Positions 7,603-15,597 of a stretch of 50,556 bases of DNA are shown piece after piece. The notes below the pieces were generated by a model. That model ran no database searches and was not told where the DNA came from. It saw nothing but the letters and a program-made list of their open reading frames with translations. The translations under genes and the position numbers were made by a program. This DNA is from Candidatus Micrarchaeota archaeon. GTDB taxonomy: Archaea; Micrarchaeota; Micrarchaeia; Anstonellales; Anstonellaceae. The stretch lies in assembly GCA_043806415.1 (NCBI GenBank), contig JAZDHB010000058.1, positions 1 through 50,556 of the forward strand. The letters run 5' to 3'. How positions within the stretch are numbered: the first letter of the stretch is position 1; every line of letters begins with the position of its first letter.

Positions 7603-8120
7603 GGATGGCAACGAAAAACAGTCCCCGCAAGAGGATGGCAACGAAGGCCGATCTCGACGACCGGACGGCCCGTCCCTCACTCATCATCAATCTTTCCAGC
7701 AAGCGCCGCCTTCCGGTCCGGCTCGAGAAGGCGGACACTATGCTCTCGCGCATGCGCGGCCTGATGTTCCGCCGCAAGCCCGCCTCCATCCTGTTCGTCT
7801 TCCCCAGCGAGGGCATCTATCCCATCCATTCCTTCTTCGTGCCCTTCGAGTTCGATGCCGTGTATCTTGACAGCCAGTGGCGGGTGAGCGGCATCTTCGA
7901 GCGCATCCGCCCCTTCGTCCCCTTCATCTCGCCGCCGAGCCCTTCGCTCATGCTTCTCGAGCTGGAGGCCGGCGCATCCAGAAAGCTCGGCCTCAAGATC
8001 GGGGACCGGATCGCCATCAAGATGGCGGAGCCGAAAAGCGCCATTGGGGGGGAAGGTCAGGAATTACCAAAAACTGGGGAGGGGGGCGCTCCCCCCTCCG
8101 CGGTTCGGAAGGGGGATTGA
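7599..8120 (+). CDS. DUF192-family protein (COG1430-like). Its C-terminal 24 codons and stop lie inside repeat copy 2.
   Basis: The ATG at 7599 overlaps the uppS TGA (ATGA). ADTMLSRMRGLMFRR...ILFVF...LLELEAGASRKLGLKIGDRI fits the DUF192 pattern. Confidence 0.65.
   Translation: MRMATKNSPRKRMATKADLDDRTARPSLIINLSSKRRLPVRLEKADTMLSRMRGLMFRRKPASILFVFPSEGIYPIHSFFVPFEFDAVYLDSQWRVSGIFERIRPFVPFISPPSPSLMLLELEAGASRKLGLKIGDRIAIKMAEPKSAIGGEGQELPKTGEGGAPPSAVRKGD
8046..8109 (-). repeat. Hairpin-mosaic repeat element, copy 2: minimal and inverted
   Basis: The reverse complement reads TCCGAACCGCGG-AGGGGGGAGCG-CCCCCCTCCCCAGTTT-TTGGTAAT-TCCTGACCTTCCCCCCC. These are the same three terminal motifs as copy 1, with almost no cargo. 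GGAGGGGGG-AGCG-CCCCCCTCC forms a 9-bp hairpin. Confidence 0.7.
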
Positions 8121-8121
8121 C

Positions 8122-9621
8122 ATGCCAACCGTTCAACCGGATCAAAATTCCAACCTGGGCTGGGAAATAAGCAAATCCAAGCCCGCTTACGATTCGCGCC
8201 TGCCGGTGCTCAGCCCGGACGAGCGCGATTTCCTGCTCGTGCTCTCCGCGCGCTTCTCGGACTATTCGCGCTCGCACGACGTGGCCAGCCCGGAAGCGGC
8301 CCGGGAGGCGGTCGGGCACCTGCTCCCGCTCGCGCTCGAGAGCGAGGGCCTGGAGATCGACGACGAGCAGCGCCAGTACCTCACCGCGGCGGCGCTCTCG
8401 CACCTGGCCGGATTCGCCCCGCTTGACTCCATGCTCTCCGACCCCCAGGTGGAGGAGATTGCGGCCCTGGGCGTCGACAAGCCCGTCTACGTCTATGTGC
8501 GCGCGAAGGGCTGGGCGCCGACCAACGCGCGAATCACCTCGATGGAGCACCTCGTCCATCTTATCAACAAGATGGCCCGCCCGCTGGGCCGGCGCATCAC
8601 CTCGCAATACCCTCGCCTCAACGCCCTGCTCTCCAACGGCAGCCGTTTGCACGCCTCCATCCCGCCGCTCTCGGACGGCGAGATCACCATCCGCCTGCAT
8701 TCCGCGCGCCCCTGGAGCGCCCTCGACCTCATGTCCTCCCATTCCACCAACGCGGAGGCGCTCGCCTTCCTCTGGCTGGCCTTCCAGTCCGACTCCTCGG
8801 TGATGATCGTCGGCAACACCTCGTCGGGCAAGACCACGCTTCTTAACGCCCTTTTCTCCTTCGTGCCCATGGGCGAGCGCGTGGTGCTCATCGAGGAAAC
8901 GCCCGAGCTGCGCCTCCTCCATCCGCACCGCGTGCAGCTCGTTTCAAGCGAGGAGCTTTCCATCGGCATGTCCGACCTGGTGCGCGATTCCCTGCGCATG
9001 CGCCCCGACCGCGTCATCGTCGGCGAGGTGCGCACGCCCCCCGAGGCGCAGGCCTTCGCCGAGACCCTGCTATCGGGCCAGGCGCGCGGTTCCTATGCCA
9101 CCTTCCACGGCCAGTCGGCGGCCGAAGCCTTGCGCCGCCTGCGCAACCTCGGCATCTCGGCCGACGACCTGCCCTCCCTGGATTTCATCGTCCTGCAGCG
9201 GCGCATCGCGCGCTACGATCCCAAGACCCTCAAGCAGGAAGAGCTGCGCCGGATGCTGGGCATCTACATGCTCCGGCAGAAACAGGTCGGCAACGAAAAA
9301 ACGGACAAGAAAGTGGCCTCGGCGAGAGGCAAGTCTTCGGTTTCATTGTCCGCTTCGTCATCGTCCCCGTCCGTTTTCTCCTCGTCCGACGCCATGTCCT
9401 CCATCGAGCTCGTCCCCATCTTCACCTACGACCCGCGCGCCGACAAGCTCGCGCCCGCGCCGGGCCTTGGCGATGCGCTCGAGCGCCTCTCCTCGCGCCT
9501 GGGCATGGACCGCGCCTCGGCGCATTCCATCTACCAATCCCGCAAGCAATTCCTCTCCCGCCTCAAACCGGCCCCGCCCGACGACATCACGAAGAAGGTG
9601 CAGGAATTCGCGTACCGTTAA
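8122..9621 (+). CDS. Type II/IV secretion system ATPase (archaeal PilB/ArlI-like)
   Basis: Walker A VMIVGNTSSGKTTLLNAL, Walker B-like VVLIEETPEL, and RMRPDRVIVGEVR...ATFHG. The ATG at 8122 follows the DUF192 stop by 1 nt. The C-terminal tail is Ser-rich. Confidence 0.85.
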   Translation: MPTVQPDQNSNLGWEISKSKPAYDSRLPVLSPDERDFLLVLSARFSDYSRSHDVASPEAAREAVGHLLPLALESEGLEIDDEQRQYLTAAALSHLAGFAPLDSMLSDPQVEEIAALGVDKPVYVYVRAKGWAPTNARITSMEHLVHLINKMARPLGRRITSQYPRLNALLSNGSRLHASIPPLSDGEITIRLHSARPWSALDLMSSHSTNAEALAFLWLAFQSDSSVMIVGNTSSGKTTLLNALFSFVPMGERVVLIEETPELRLLHPHRVQLVSSEELSIGMSDLVRDSLRMRPDRVIVGEVRTPPEAQAFAETLLSGQARGSYATFHGQSAAEALRRLRNLGISADDLPSLDFIVLQRRIARYDPKTLKQEELRRMLGIYMLRQKQVGNEKTDKKVASARGKSSVSLSASSSSPSVFSSSDAMSSIELVPIFTYDPRADKLAPAPGLGDALERLSSRLGMDRASAHSIYQSRKQFLSRLKPAPPDDITKKVQEFAYR

Positions 9622-9683
9622 TAAAGAAAGCGCGGGACTTCGCGTACCGTCAAAGCAGACGAATGAACCCCGAATAGCGAACG

Positions 9684-11636
9684 ATGACATGCGCATGGAA
9701 ATTTATTGGTGATCCATTGGCCGAACCGCTCCAATCGCTCGAAATCTTCGCCCCGCTCCCCCTGCACGCGCTCTATTCCGGGCCCCGCCGGCTCAAGATC
9801 GAATCGGACTGGCGGCGGGCGCACACGGGCCTCGCGCTCGAGCCGTTCCTCAATGCCTGCGCGCTTGCGGCCATCGTCCTCGCCCCCCTCATCAGCGCCA
9901 TCGCCTTCCTCTTCACGTCCGACCTCATCCTCTCCGTGGGCGTGTTCTTCGTCCTCTTCTCCCTTCTGCTGCTGGCCGGCTATTCGCTGCCCGCCCTGCT
10001 CGCGCGCAAATACGCCGACATGGCCGAGGCCGACCTGCCCATGGCCCTGCGCGCCATCGCCCTCCATCTTTCCATCAAGCTGCCGTTCGAGAAGGCGATC
10101 GAGCACGCGGCCGAGGCGAATTACGCCAGCTCGCCCCTCTGGAAAGAGGCCCTCGCGTCGGTGCAGGGCGGCGAGAGCGTGCCGCGCGCCCTCGCCGGAC
10201 TGGCCGAGGAGGTCCGCTCGCTGACCTTCTCGCGCGCCATCCACCAGCTCATCGTGGTCTATGAAGAGGGCGTGCCGCCCTCCTCGCTCATCCCGCTCGC
10301 CGAGGAGCTGACCGACCAGCAATTGACCAACACCCGCCTGTCCGCCTCGCGCATGGCCATGTTCGGGCTTCTCTTCATCTCCATCTCCTGCCTCGTGCCC
10401 GCGTTCTTCCTCATCCTGGCCGTGGCGGCCGGCCCGATGGTGGGCTTTGACGTGGACGGCCTCACGCTCGCCCTCGTCTACGTCGTGGCCATCCCCTTGC
10501 TCAACTTCCTGCTGATGGGCATCACGCTCCTCACGTCCCCCTCGCTGGCCAACTCGTGGCGACCCCGGCAATTGCGCGCCGAGCTGGATGCCAAGCTCCA
10601 GTCCATGAACCTGCCCGTCCTGACGACCGGCCCGCTCCTGGTCCTCTCCGTCCTCTTCGCGCTTCCCGTGCTTTCCGTCGGCCTGCTCCTCTCGCTGGGG
10701 AACCTGACCTTCTTCCTCGCCCTGCTGGCGGCCTCGCTTCCCTTCGTGGCCTTCTCGCTGCTCGAAGGGCAGGTGATGGGCGAGGTGGCGGCGCTCGAAT
10801 CCGAGCTGCCCAACCTCCTGCTCATCGGCGCCTCTTCGGGGCGCTTCTCGCTCGAGAAGATGCTGGAGCATTCCTCCAAGGGCCCGTCCGGCCCGCTCGC
10901 CGCCCAGTCCGCCGCCGCCCTGCGCCAGCTGCGCGCCGGGGAGAATCCGGTCCGGGTGCTCTCCCGCTGGGCCGAGCGCACGCCGTCCATCATGCTCGAG
11001 CGCGCGCTGGGCTTGCTTACGGTGGGCTACAAGACCGGCGGGCACCTCTCCACCGCCCTGCGCGCGACGGCGCAGGATCTCCTCTCCTCGTTCATGCTGG
11101 TGCGCGAGCGCGCCTCGCTGCTCTCCATCCAGAGCTACACCCTCATCGCGGCCAGCGGAATCCTCGTGCCCGCCATCCTCGCGGTCTCCCTCTCCTTCGC
11201 CGCGCAGATCGCCCCGCTGCAATCCCAGGTCGGCGCCAGCATCCTCAACCCGTCCGCCTCGCCGGTTTTAGCGGACGGTTCGTCCCTTTCGGCGACGCCG
11301 GCGGGCTCGGAGCGGATTGACACTTCCACCGGCTCTTCGGCTTCTTCCTCTTCAGGTTCCTCATCGCTCGATTCCTCATCGGCATCAGGCGATGGTTCGA
11401 GCCTCGGCTTTTCAGCCGACTCATCTTCTCCCGCTTCTCCATCCTCTGATTCTTCGGGCCTGGACCTCATCCGCTCGGCCGAGGGCTCGATCCGCATCTA
11501 TCTCCTGCTCAACGCCGCCCTCTCGGCCTTCTTCCTCTCCATCTCGCAGGGCTCGCGCGAGCGTTTCATCTATTATGCCATCATGCTCGTGGTGCTCTCG
11601 CAGGCCGTCTGGCTGTTCATGGCCCCGGCGCTATGA
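9684..11636 (+). CDS. Polytopic membrane protein with two T2SS-F-like domains (ArlJ/PilC/TadC-like platform protein) and a Ser-rich insertion
   Basis: 650 aa. It sits immediately downstream of the secretion ATPase, has many TM helices, and has two cytoplasmic helical domains (ADLPMALRAIALHL..., ELPNLLLIGAS...LSTALRATAQDL). A Ser-rich tract lies at about 11320-11460. Confidence 0.75.
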   Translation: MTCAWKFIGDPLAEPLQSLEIFAPLPLHALYSGPRRLKIESDWRRAHTGLALEPFLNACALAAIVLAPLISAIAFLFTSDLILSVGVFFVLFSLLLLAGYSLPALLARKYADMAEADLPMALRAIALHLSIKLPFEKAIEHAAEANYASSPLWKEALASVQGGESVPRALAGLAEEVRSLTFSRAIHQLIVVYEEGVPPSSLIPLAEELTDQQLTNTRLSASRMAMFGLLFISISCLVPAFFLILAVAAGPMVGFDVDGLTLALVYVVAIPLLNFLLMGITLLTSPSLANSWRPRQLRAELDAKLQSMNLPVLTTGPLLVLSVLFALPVLSVGLLLSLGNLTFFLALLAASLPFVAFSLLEGQVMGEVAALESELPNLLLIGASSGRFSLEKMLEHSSKGPSGPLAAQSAAALRQLRAGENPVRVLSRWAERTPSIMLERALGLLTVGYKTGGHLSTALRATAQDLLSSFMLVRERASLLSIQSYTLIAASGILVPAILAVSLSFAAQIAPLQSQVGASILNPSASPVLADGSSLSATPAGSERIDTSTGSSASSSSGSSSLDSSSASGDGSSLGFSADSSSPASPSSDSSGLDLIRSAEGSIRIYLLLNAALSAFFLSISQGSRERFIYYAIMLVVLSQAVWLFMAPAL

Positions 11637-11640
11637 GAAT
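11616..11640 (+). repeat. Left copy of the direct repeat flanking the relBE-like cassette
   Basis: TTCATGGCCCCGGCGCTATGAGAAT forms the last six codons plus stop of the platform gene. It recurs at 12224-12248 with one synonymous difference in the matched part. Confidence 0.8.
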
Positions 11641-11718
11641 TTGAAGGCCGCCGAACCCTCGGCAGCCTGCACGGTAAGCTTAATATACTAAAGTATCCTC
11701 AAGTATACTGTGGTATAT

Positions 11719-11967
11719 ATGGACGCGACAGTCGATACGACAATCAAGCTTCATGCGAAGACCAAGCGGCAGTTGGACAAATGGCGGGAATACCGCCGGG
11801 AGAGCTATGACGACGTGATCCAGAAGCTGGTCCATATCGCCGAGACCGCCCGCGAGGAGCCCGAACTCAGCCAAGAGGCTGTGGAAGCCATCGAAGCCGC
11901 GCGGGAACGCATCCGTGCCGGCAAGTTCGTCACCGAAGCCGAAGCGCGCAAGAGGCTGGGGTTGTGA
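11719..11967 (+). CDS. Putative type II antitoxin, partner of the RelE-family toxin
   Basis: Small ORF (the track starts it at GTG 11710; an ATG lies at 11719). It overlaps the toxin start by 4 nt. A TATA-like TTAATATAC lies about 35 nt upstream. Confidence 0.6.
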   Translation: MDATVDTTIKLHAKTKRQLDKWREYRRESYDDVIQKLVHIAETAREEPELSQEAVEAIEAARERIRAGKFVTEAEARKRLGL

Positions 11968-12221
11968 GTCATTCTGTCATCTTTGACGAGAAGGTGCTGG
12001 ATTTCATCGCCAACCTGCAGGCTGATACGCGCGAGCGCATCCTGGACAAGATTTCAGAGGCCAAAGAGAATCCTCATCATTTCTTCGAGCGCCTGTCCGG
12101 CCGTCCCGACTTCAAGCTGCGCGTGGGAGATTACCGGTTAATCGCCGACATCGACGACGCGGCCGCCCGAATCACATTCACCTACATCGCTCACCGCAAG
12201 AGCGTGTATAAGAAGATTTGA
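11964..12221 (+). CDS. relE: RelE/ParE-superfamily toxin (mRNA interferase-like)
   Basis: 85 aa. FKLRVGDYRLIADIDD...ITFTYIAHRKSVYK is the typical RelE/StbE C-terminal pattern. The GTG start overlaps the antitoxin stop. Confidence 0.75.
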   Translation: MSHSVIFDEKVLDFIANLQADTRERILDKISEAKENPHHFFERLSGRPDFKLRVGDYRLIADIDDAAARITFTYIAHRKSVYKKI

Positions 12222-12223
12222 GT

Positions 12224-12248
12224 TTCATGGCCCCGGCGCTGTGAGATT
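12224..12248 (+). repeat. Right copy of the direct repeat flanking the relBE-like cassette
   Basis: TTCATGGCCCCGGCGCTGTGAGATT, compared with 11616-11640. The first 23 nt differ at one position (A/G), which is synonymous in the duplicated codons. Confidence 0.8.
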
Positions 12249-12251
12249 ACG

Positions 12252-12322
12252 GAAAAAGCAAAAAAGGAGGGAAATGAAAAACAGCAAAAGAAGAAAAATG
12301 AAAAACAAAAGAAGAAAAACAA
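12252..12322 (-). terminator. Oligo-T terminator region for the DUF4349 gene
   Basis: The minus strand shows multiple T5+ runs (TTTGTTTTTCTTCTTTTGTTTTTCATTTTTCTTC...) directly after the stop at 12328. Confidence 0.45.
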
Positions 12323-12327
12323 ATGGC

Positions 12328-13206
12328 CTACTTCCTGCCTTTCCCCGCGTTCGCTTCGCCCGCCGACTTCTTCGGGCGCAGGCGCCGGTAGACTGCGTAC
12401 AATACCACGCCCACGATCGCCATCGGGATCCCGAAGCCTAAGAGGGCCGAGATCGCGATGATGGCAACGCCCACCGCGCCCAGGAACACGTTGGCCACCT
12501 GGCTCAGGGGGTCGAACACCGTCCGGTCGACGACGGGCGCCTCTTCGTAGATGCGCACGCGCACGGCCGACATGGCGACCTGCCGGTCGATGTTAAGCTT
12601 CTGGTTCTGGTATATCTCGATGTCGGTCTGCACCCGGTTGAGCTCGTTCTCCACGGCCAGCACGTCTTGAAGCGAACCCTCGCGGTCGTAGAGCTTGCGC
12701 AGATCATCGCGCTGGATCTGGAGGTTCTTGATGCGCGTCCCGATGTCCACGTACTGCTCGCTCACGTCATTCACGTTGGAGCTCATCTGCTTGACCTCCC
12801 CGATGCCTTTGAGGAACGAGGCCATCCCGTCGAAGCGCTGGGGCGGTATTTTGATATTGACGTCATACTCCTTCGTGCTGTCGCTTTCCGAATAATCGGC
12901 GCTAAAGATCTGGCCGCCCATGGCGGCTACGCCGTCCTTGAATTTCGCGAACCTCTCGTCGATGGCGCCGGCCGGCACCTGCACCTGGGCGTTGGCGGTC
13001 TTGATGAGCTGCCGGCTCTGGGCCAGCTCCTGCGACGGGGCGGCCGAATCCATGCCCGCAAAAGCCGCCTGCGGGATGGCATCCTTGTAATTTCGGACGG
13101 CATAATCGCCAGAACCGGAGGCGCCAGTGCCCTCGAGCTCGGCGCAGCCTGCCATCAGCAGCATGCCGATGACTGTAATCATCATCAGAATCGGCGCATT
13201 TCTCAT
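12328..13206 (-). CDS. DUF4349-family lipoprotein-like membrane protein
   Basis: The ATG at 13206 gives MRNAPILMMITVIGMLLMAGC, a lipobox-like signal. The central coiled region EDVSEQYVDIGTRIKNLQIQRDDLRKLY...ENELNRVQTDIE and a C-terminal TM segment match DUF4349 architecture. Confidence 0.7.
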   Translation of the reverse strand: MRNAPILMMITVIGMLLMAGCAELEGTGASGSGDYAVRNYKDAIPQAAFAGMDSAAPSQELAQSRQLIKTANAQVQVPAGAIDERFAKFKDGVAAMGGQIFSADYSESDSTKEYDVNIKIPPQRFDGMASFLKGIGEVKQMSSNVNDVSEQYVDIGTRIKNLQIQRDDLRKLYDREGSLQDVLAVENELNRVQTDIEIYQNQKLNIDRQVAMSAVRVRIYEEAPVVDRTVFDPLSQVANVFLGAVGVAIIAISALLGFGIPMAIVGVVLYAVYRRLRPKKSAGEANAGKGRK

Positions 13207-13315
13207 CCGATCACCTCGTTTCAATCAAGTAACTACTCTCGGTTTCTTTATAAAATCCGGTGCTTCTGCCCGGCATGGCAATTGGGCTTAAAAATTCTGC
13301 TCTCCATATGTTCCT

Positions 13316-14473
13316 ATGGTGGAAAGCAGAATCTCGTCGGATGCCAAAGCGTCCGTTTCGTCTTATTCCAAGCCGACCCTCTCGGTCCTGGGCTCCCATT
13401 CCGCCCTCGATGTGTGCCAGGGGGCGAAGGCGCACGGGCTGTCCAACCTCGTCGTCTGCCAGAAGGGGCGCGAGGGCGTGTATTCTCGGCAATACAAATC
13501 CCGAAAAACCATCCACGGCCAAGTCGGCTGCGTGGACGAGATCCTGCTTCTTGACCAATTCAAGGACATCGCGGGCCAACCCGCGCTCAAAACCCTCCAG
13601 TCCAAACAATCCATTTTCGTGCCCCACCGCTCCTTCTCCGTCTACGTGGGCTACGATCTGATCGAGAACGAATTCGCGGTTCCCATCTTCGGCAACCGCC
13701 GCCTCCTGCGCGCCGAGGAGCGCAACGTGCCCAAGAACCAGCATCATCTGTTGAAGAAAGCGGGCGTCAAGGTGCCCAAGACCTTTTCCTCACCGGATAA
13801 AATCAACACCTTGTGCATCATCAAGGCACCCGAAGCGCAAAGGAGCTACGAGCGGGCGTTTTTCTTCGCATCCAATTACGAAGAGTATGTCGCGGAAAGC
13901 GGCAAGCTTCGGAGCGCAGGCATTATTACTCCCGAAGGCCTGAAAGGCGCACTCATCGAGGAATTCGTGCTGGGTGCGCCGTTCAATTTCAATTTCTTCC
14001 TCTCCCCGCTCACGGGCGAGCTGGAACTCCTGGGCATCGACACGCGGAGGCAGACCAACCTCGACGGCTGGTTGCGGCTTCCGGCAAAAGAGCAGAATAT
14101 GCTTGAGCTGGCCCGCCGCCAAGGTCGTGTCCGCGTCAACAACATCGAGGTCGGCCATATCGCCTGCACCCTGCGCGAATCCCTCCTCGAGCAGGTCTTC
14201 GAGATCGGGGAGAAATTCGTCAAGGCGTGCACGGCCGAATACGCGCCCGGCCTCATCGGCCCATTCGCGCTCCAGGGTGCCGTCTCCCCCTCTCAGAAAG
14301 GCGAGGAGATCTCCATCTTCGACGTTTCCTTCCGCGTGCCGGGCTCGCCGGGCACGCGCTTCACCCCGTACAGCGAATACCTGTTCAACAAATCCGTCTC
14401 GGTCGGCTCGCGCATCGGCATGGAAGTCCGGGCCGCGCTGGCCGAAAAGCGCCTGGATGAGATCGTCACGTAG
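13316..14473 (+). CDS. PurP-family ATP-grasp protein, divergent paralogue of FAICAR synthetase
   Basis: 385 aa. LSVLGSHSALDV..., VPIFGNRRLLRAEER, LELLGIDTRRQTNLDG and TLRESLLEQVFEIGEKFV align with PurP blocks. The nucleotide-loop region (GARGGRGY in the neighbour) is not conserved. Confidence 0.75.
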   Translation: MVESRISSDAKASVSSYSKPTLSVLGSHSALDVCQGAKAHGLSNLVVCQKGREGVYSRQYKSRKTIHGQVGCVDEILLLDQFKDIAGQPALKTLQSKQSIFVPHRSFSVYVGYDLIENEFAVPIFGNRRLLRAEERNVPKNQHHLLKKAGVKVPKTFSSPDKINTLCIIKAPEAQRSYERAFFFASNYEEYVAESGKLRSAGIITPEGLKGALIEEFVLGAPFNFNFFLSPLTGELELLGIDTRRQTNLDGWLRLPAKEQNMLELARRQGRVRVNNIEVGHIACTLRESLLEQVFEIGEKFVKACTAEYAPGLIGPFALQGAVSPSQKGEEISIFDVSFRVPGSPGTRFTPYSEYLFNKSVSVGSRIGMEVRAALAEKRLDEIVT

Positions 14474-14521
14474 GATCCATGCGCCGCGCCGGATCCATCC
14501 TTGTCAAAAAGAGGTTTTCAC

Positions 14522-15571
14522 ATGATATCGAAAGAGAAAATCCTCGAGGTCATCGAGGGATACGATCATAAGAAGCTGACCCTGGCCACGGTGTGCTCGC
14601 ACACCTCGCTCCAGCTGTTCTATTCCGCGAAACAGGAGGGCATCCGCACCCTCGGCCTCGTCACCAACGAGGATCAGCGCAAGATGTACGAGGCGTTCCC
14701 GCTGGCCAAGCCCGACGAATTCATCGATGTGGAGGACCCCAACGACCTTCCCGAGGCGGAACTGGCCGAGCGCAACTCCATCATCATCCCGCACGGCTCC
14801 ATCGTGGAATACGCCGGAAAGGCGCTCGACAAGCTCGCCGTCCCGGTGCTTGGCAACCGCAACTCCCTCGTCTGGGAGCGCGACCGCGTCAAGATGTTCG
14901 ACTGGATGCGCACCGCGGGCCTCCAGCTGCCGGCCCTCATCGACCCGGACAAGATCGACCGGCCCTGCGTGGTCAAGCACGCCGGCGCAAAGGGCGGGCG
15001 CGGCTATGCCATCGTACATTCGCCCGAGGAGTTCTACGCCAAGTTCGCCAACCAGGACGTCATGGTGCAGGAATACCTCATCGGCGTGCGCGTCTATCCT
15101 CACTTCTTCTACTCGCCCCTCTCCAAGGAGGGCTACCGGGCCTCGGACGGGCACATCGAGATGCTCTCCATCGACCGGCGCTTCGAGTCCAACATCGACG
15201 AGAGCTACCGCACCGTCATCGCGGGCGTGCCCATCAAGCCGTCCTTCACCGTGGTGGGCAACGAGCCCCTCGTGCTGCGCGAATCATTGCTCAACGACGT
15301 GCTCGTGATGGGCAAGGACGTGTGCGAAGCGGCCGACAAGCTCTTCGGAGGCATCCCCGGCCCGTTCTGCCTCGAGCTCATCTGCGACGAGAACCTCCAG
15401 TTCTACGCGTTCGAGATCTCGGCGCGCATCGTGGCCGGCACCAACCTCTATCCCACCGGCTCGCCCTATTCCCTGTTCGCGTTCGACGAGCCCATGAGCA
15501 CGGGCCGGCGCATCGCGCGCGAAGTGAAGTTGGCGGCCAAATCCGGCAAACTGGGAAAAATAGTGTATTGA
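14522..15571 (+). CDS. purP: 5-formaminoimidazole-4-carboxamide ribonucleotide (FAICAR) synthetase
   Basis: The ATG at 14522 gives MISKEKILEVIEGYD. It is preceded by AGAGGT 7 nt upstream. Also LATVCSHTSLQ, VPVLGNRNSLVWERDR, KHAGAKGGRGYAIV, and LVLRESLL...FCLELICDENLQFYAFEISARIVAGTN. Confidence 0.85.
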   Translation: MISKEKILEVIEGYDHKKLTLATVCSHTSLQLFYSAKQEGIRTLGLVTNEDQRKMYEAFPLAKPDEFIDVEDPNDLPEAELAERNSIIIPHGSIVEYAGKALDKLAVPVLGNRNSLVWERDRVKMFDWMRTAGLQLPALIDPDKIDRPCVVKHAGAKGGRGYAIVHSPEEFYAKFANQDVMVQEYLIGVRVYPHFFYSPLSKEGYRASDGHIEMLSIDRRFESNIDESYRTVIAGVPIKPSFTVVGNEPLVLRESLLNDVLVMGKDVCEAADKLFGGIPGPFCLELICDENLQFYAFEISARIVAGTNLYPTGSPYSLFAFDEPMSTGRRIAREVKLAAKSGKLGKIVY

Positions 15572-15597
15572 GCCTCTGTTCGGACTTTCTTTCCTCT

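Noticed and set aside
8017-8928. 303-aa minus-strand ORF
   Set aside because: It is antisense to the secretion ATPase, has an Arg/Gly-rich composition, and has no motifs.
9618-11222. 534-aa minus-strand ORF
   Set aside because: It is antisense to the T2SS-F platform gene and has extreme Gly/Arg/Glu/Asp content.
12241-12441. 66-aa Lys/Arg-rich ORF (MRLRKKQKRREMKNSKRRK...)
   Set aside because: It is a translation of the purine-rich strand of an oligo-T terminator region and overlaps the 3' end of the DUF4349 gene.
14474-14500. Direct repeat GGATCCAT ... GGATCCAT between the two purP genes
   Set aside because: It is only 8 nt, in a 27-48 nt spacer, and is easily due to chance. No further support was found.
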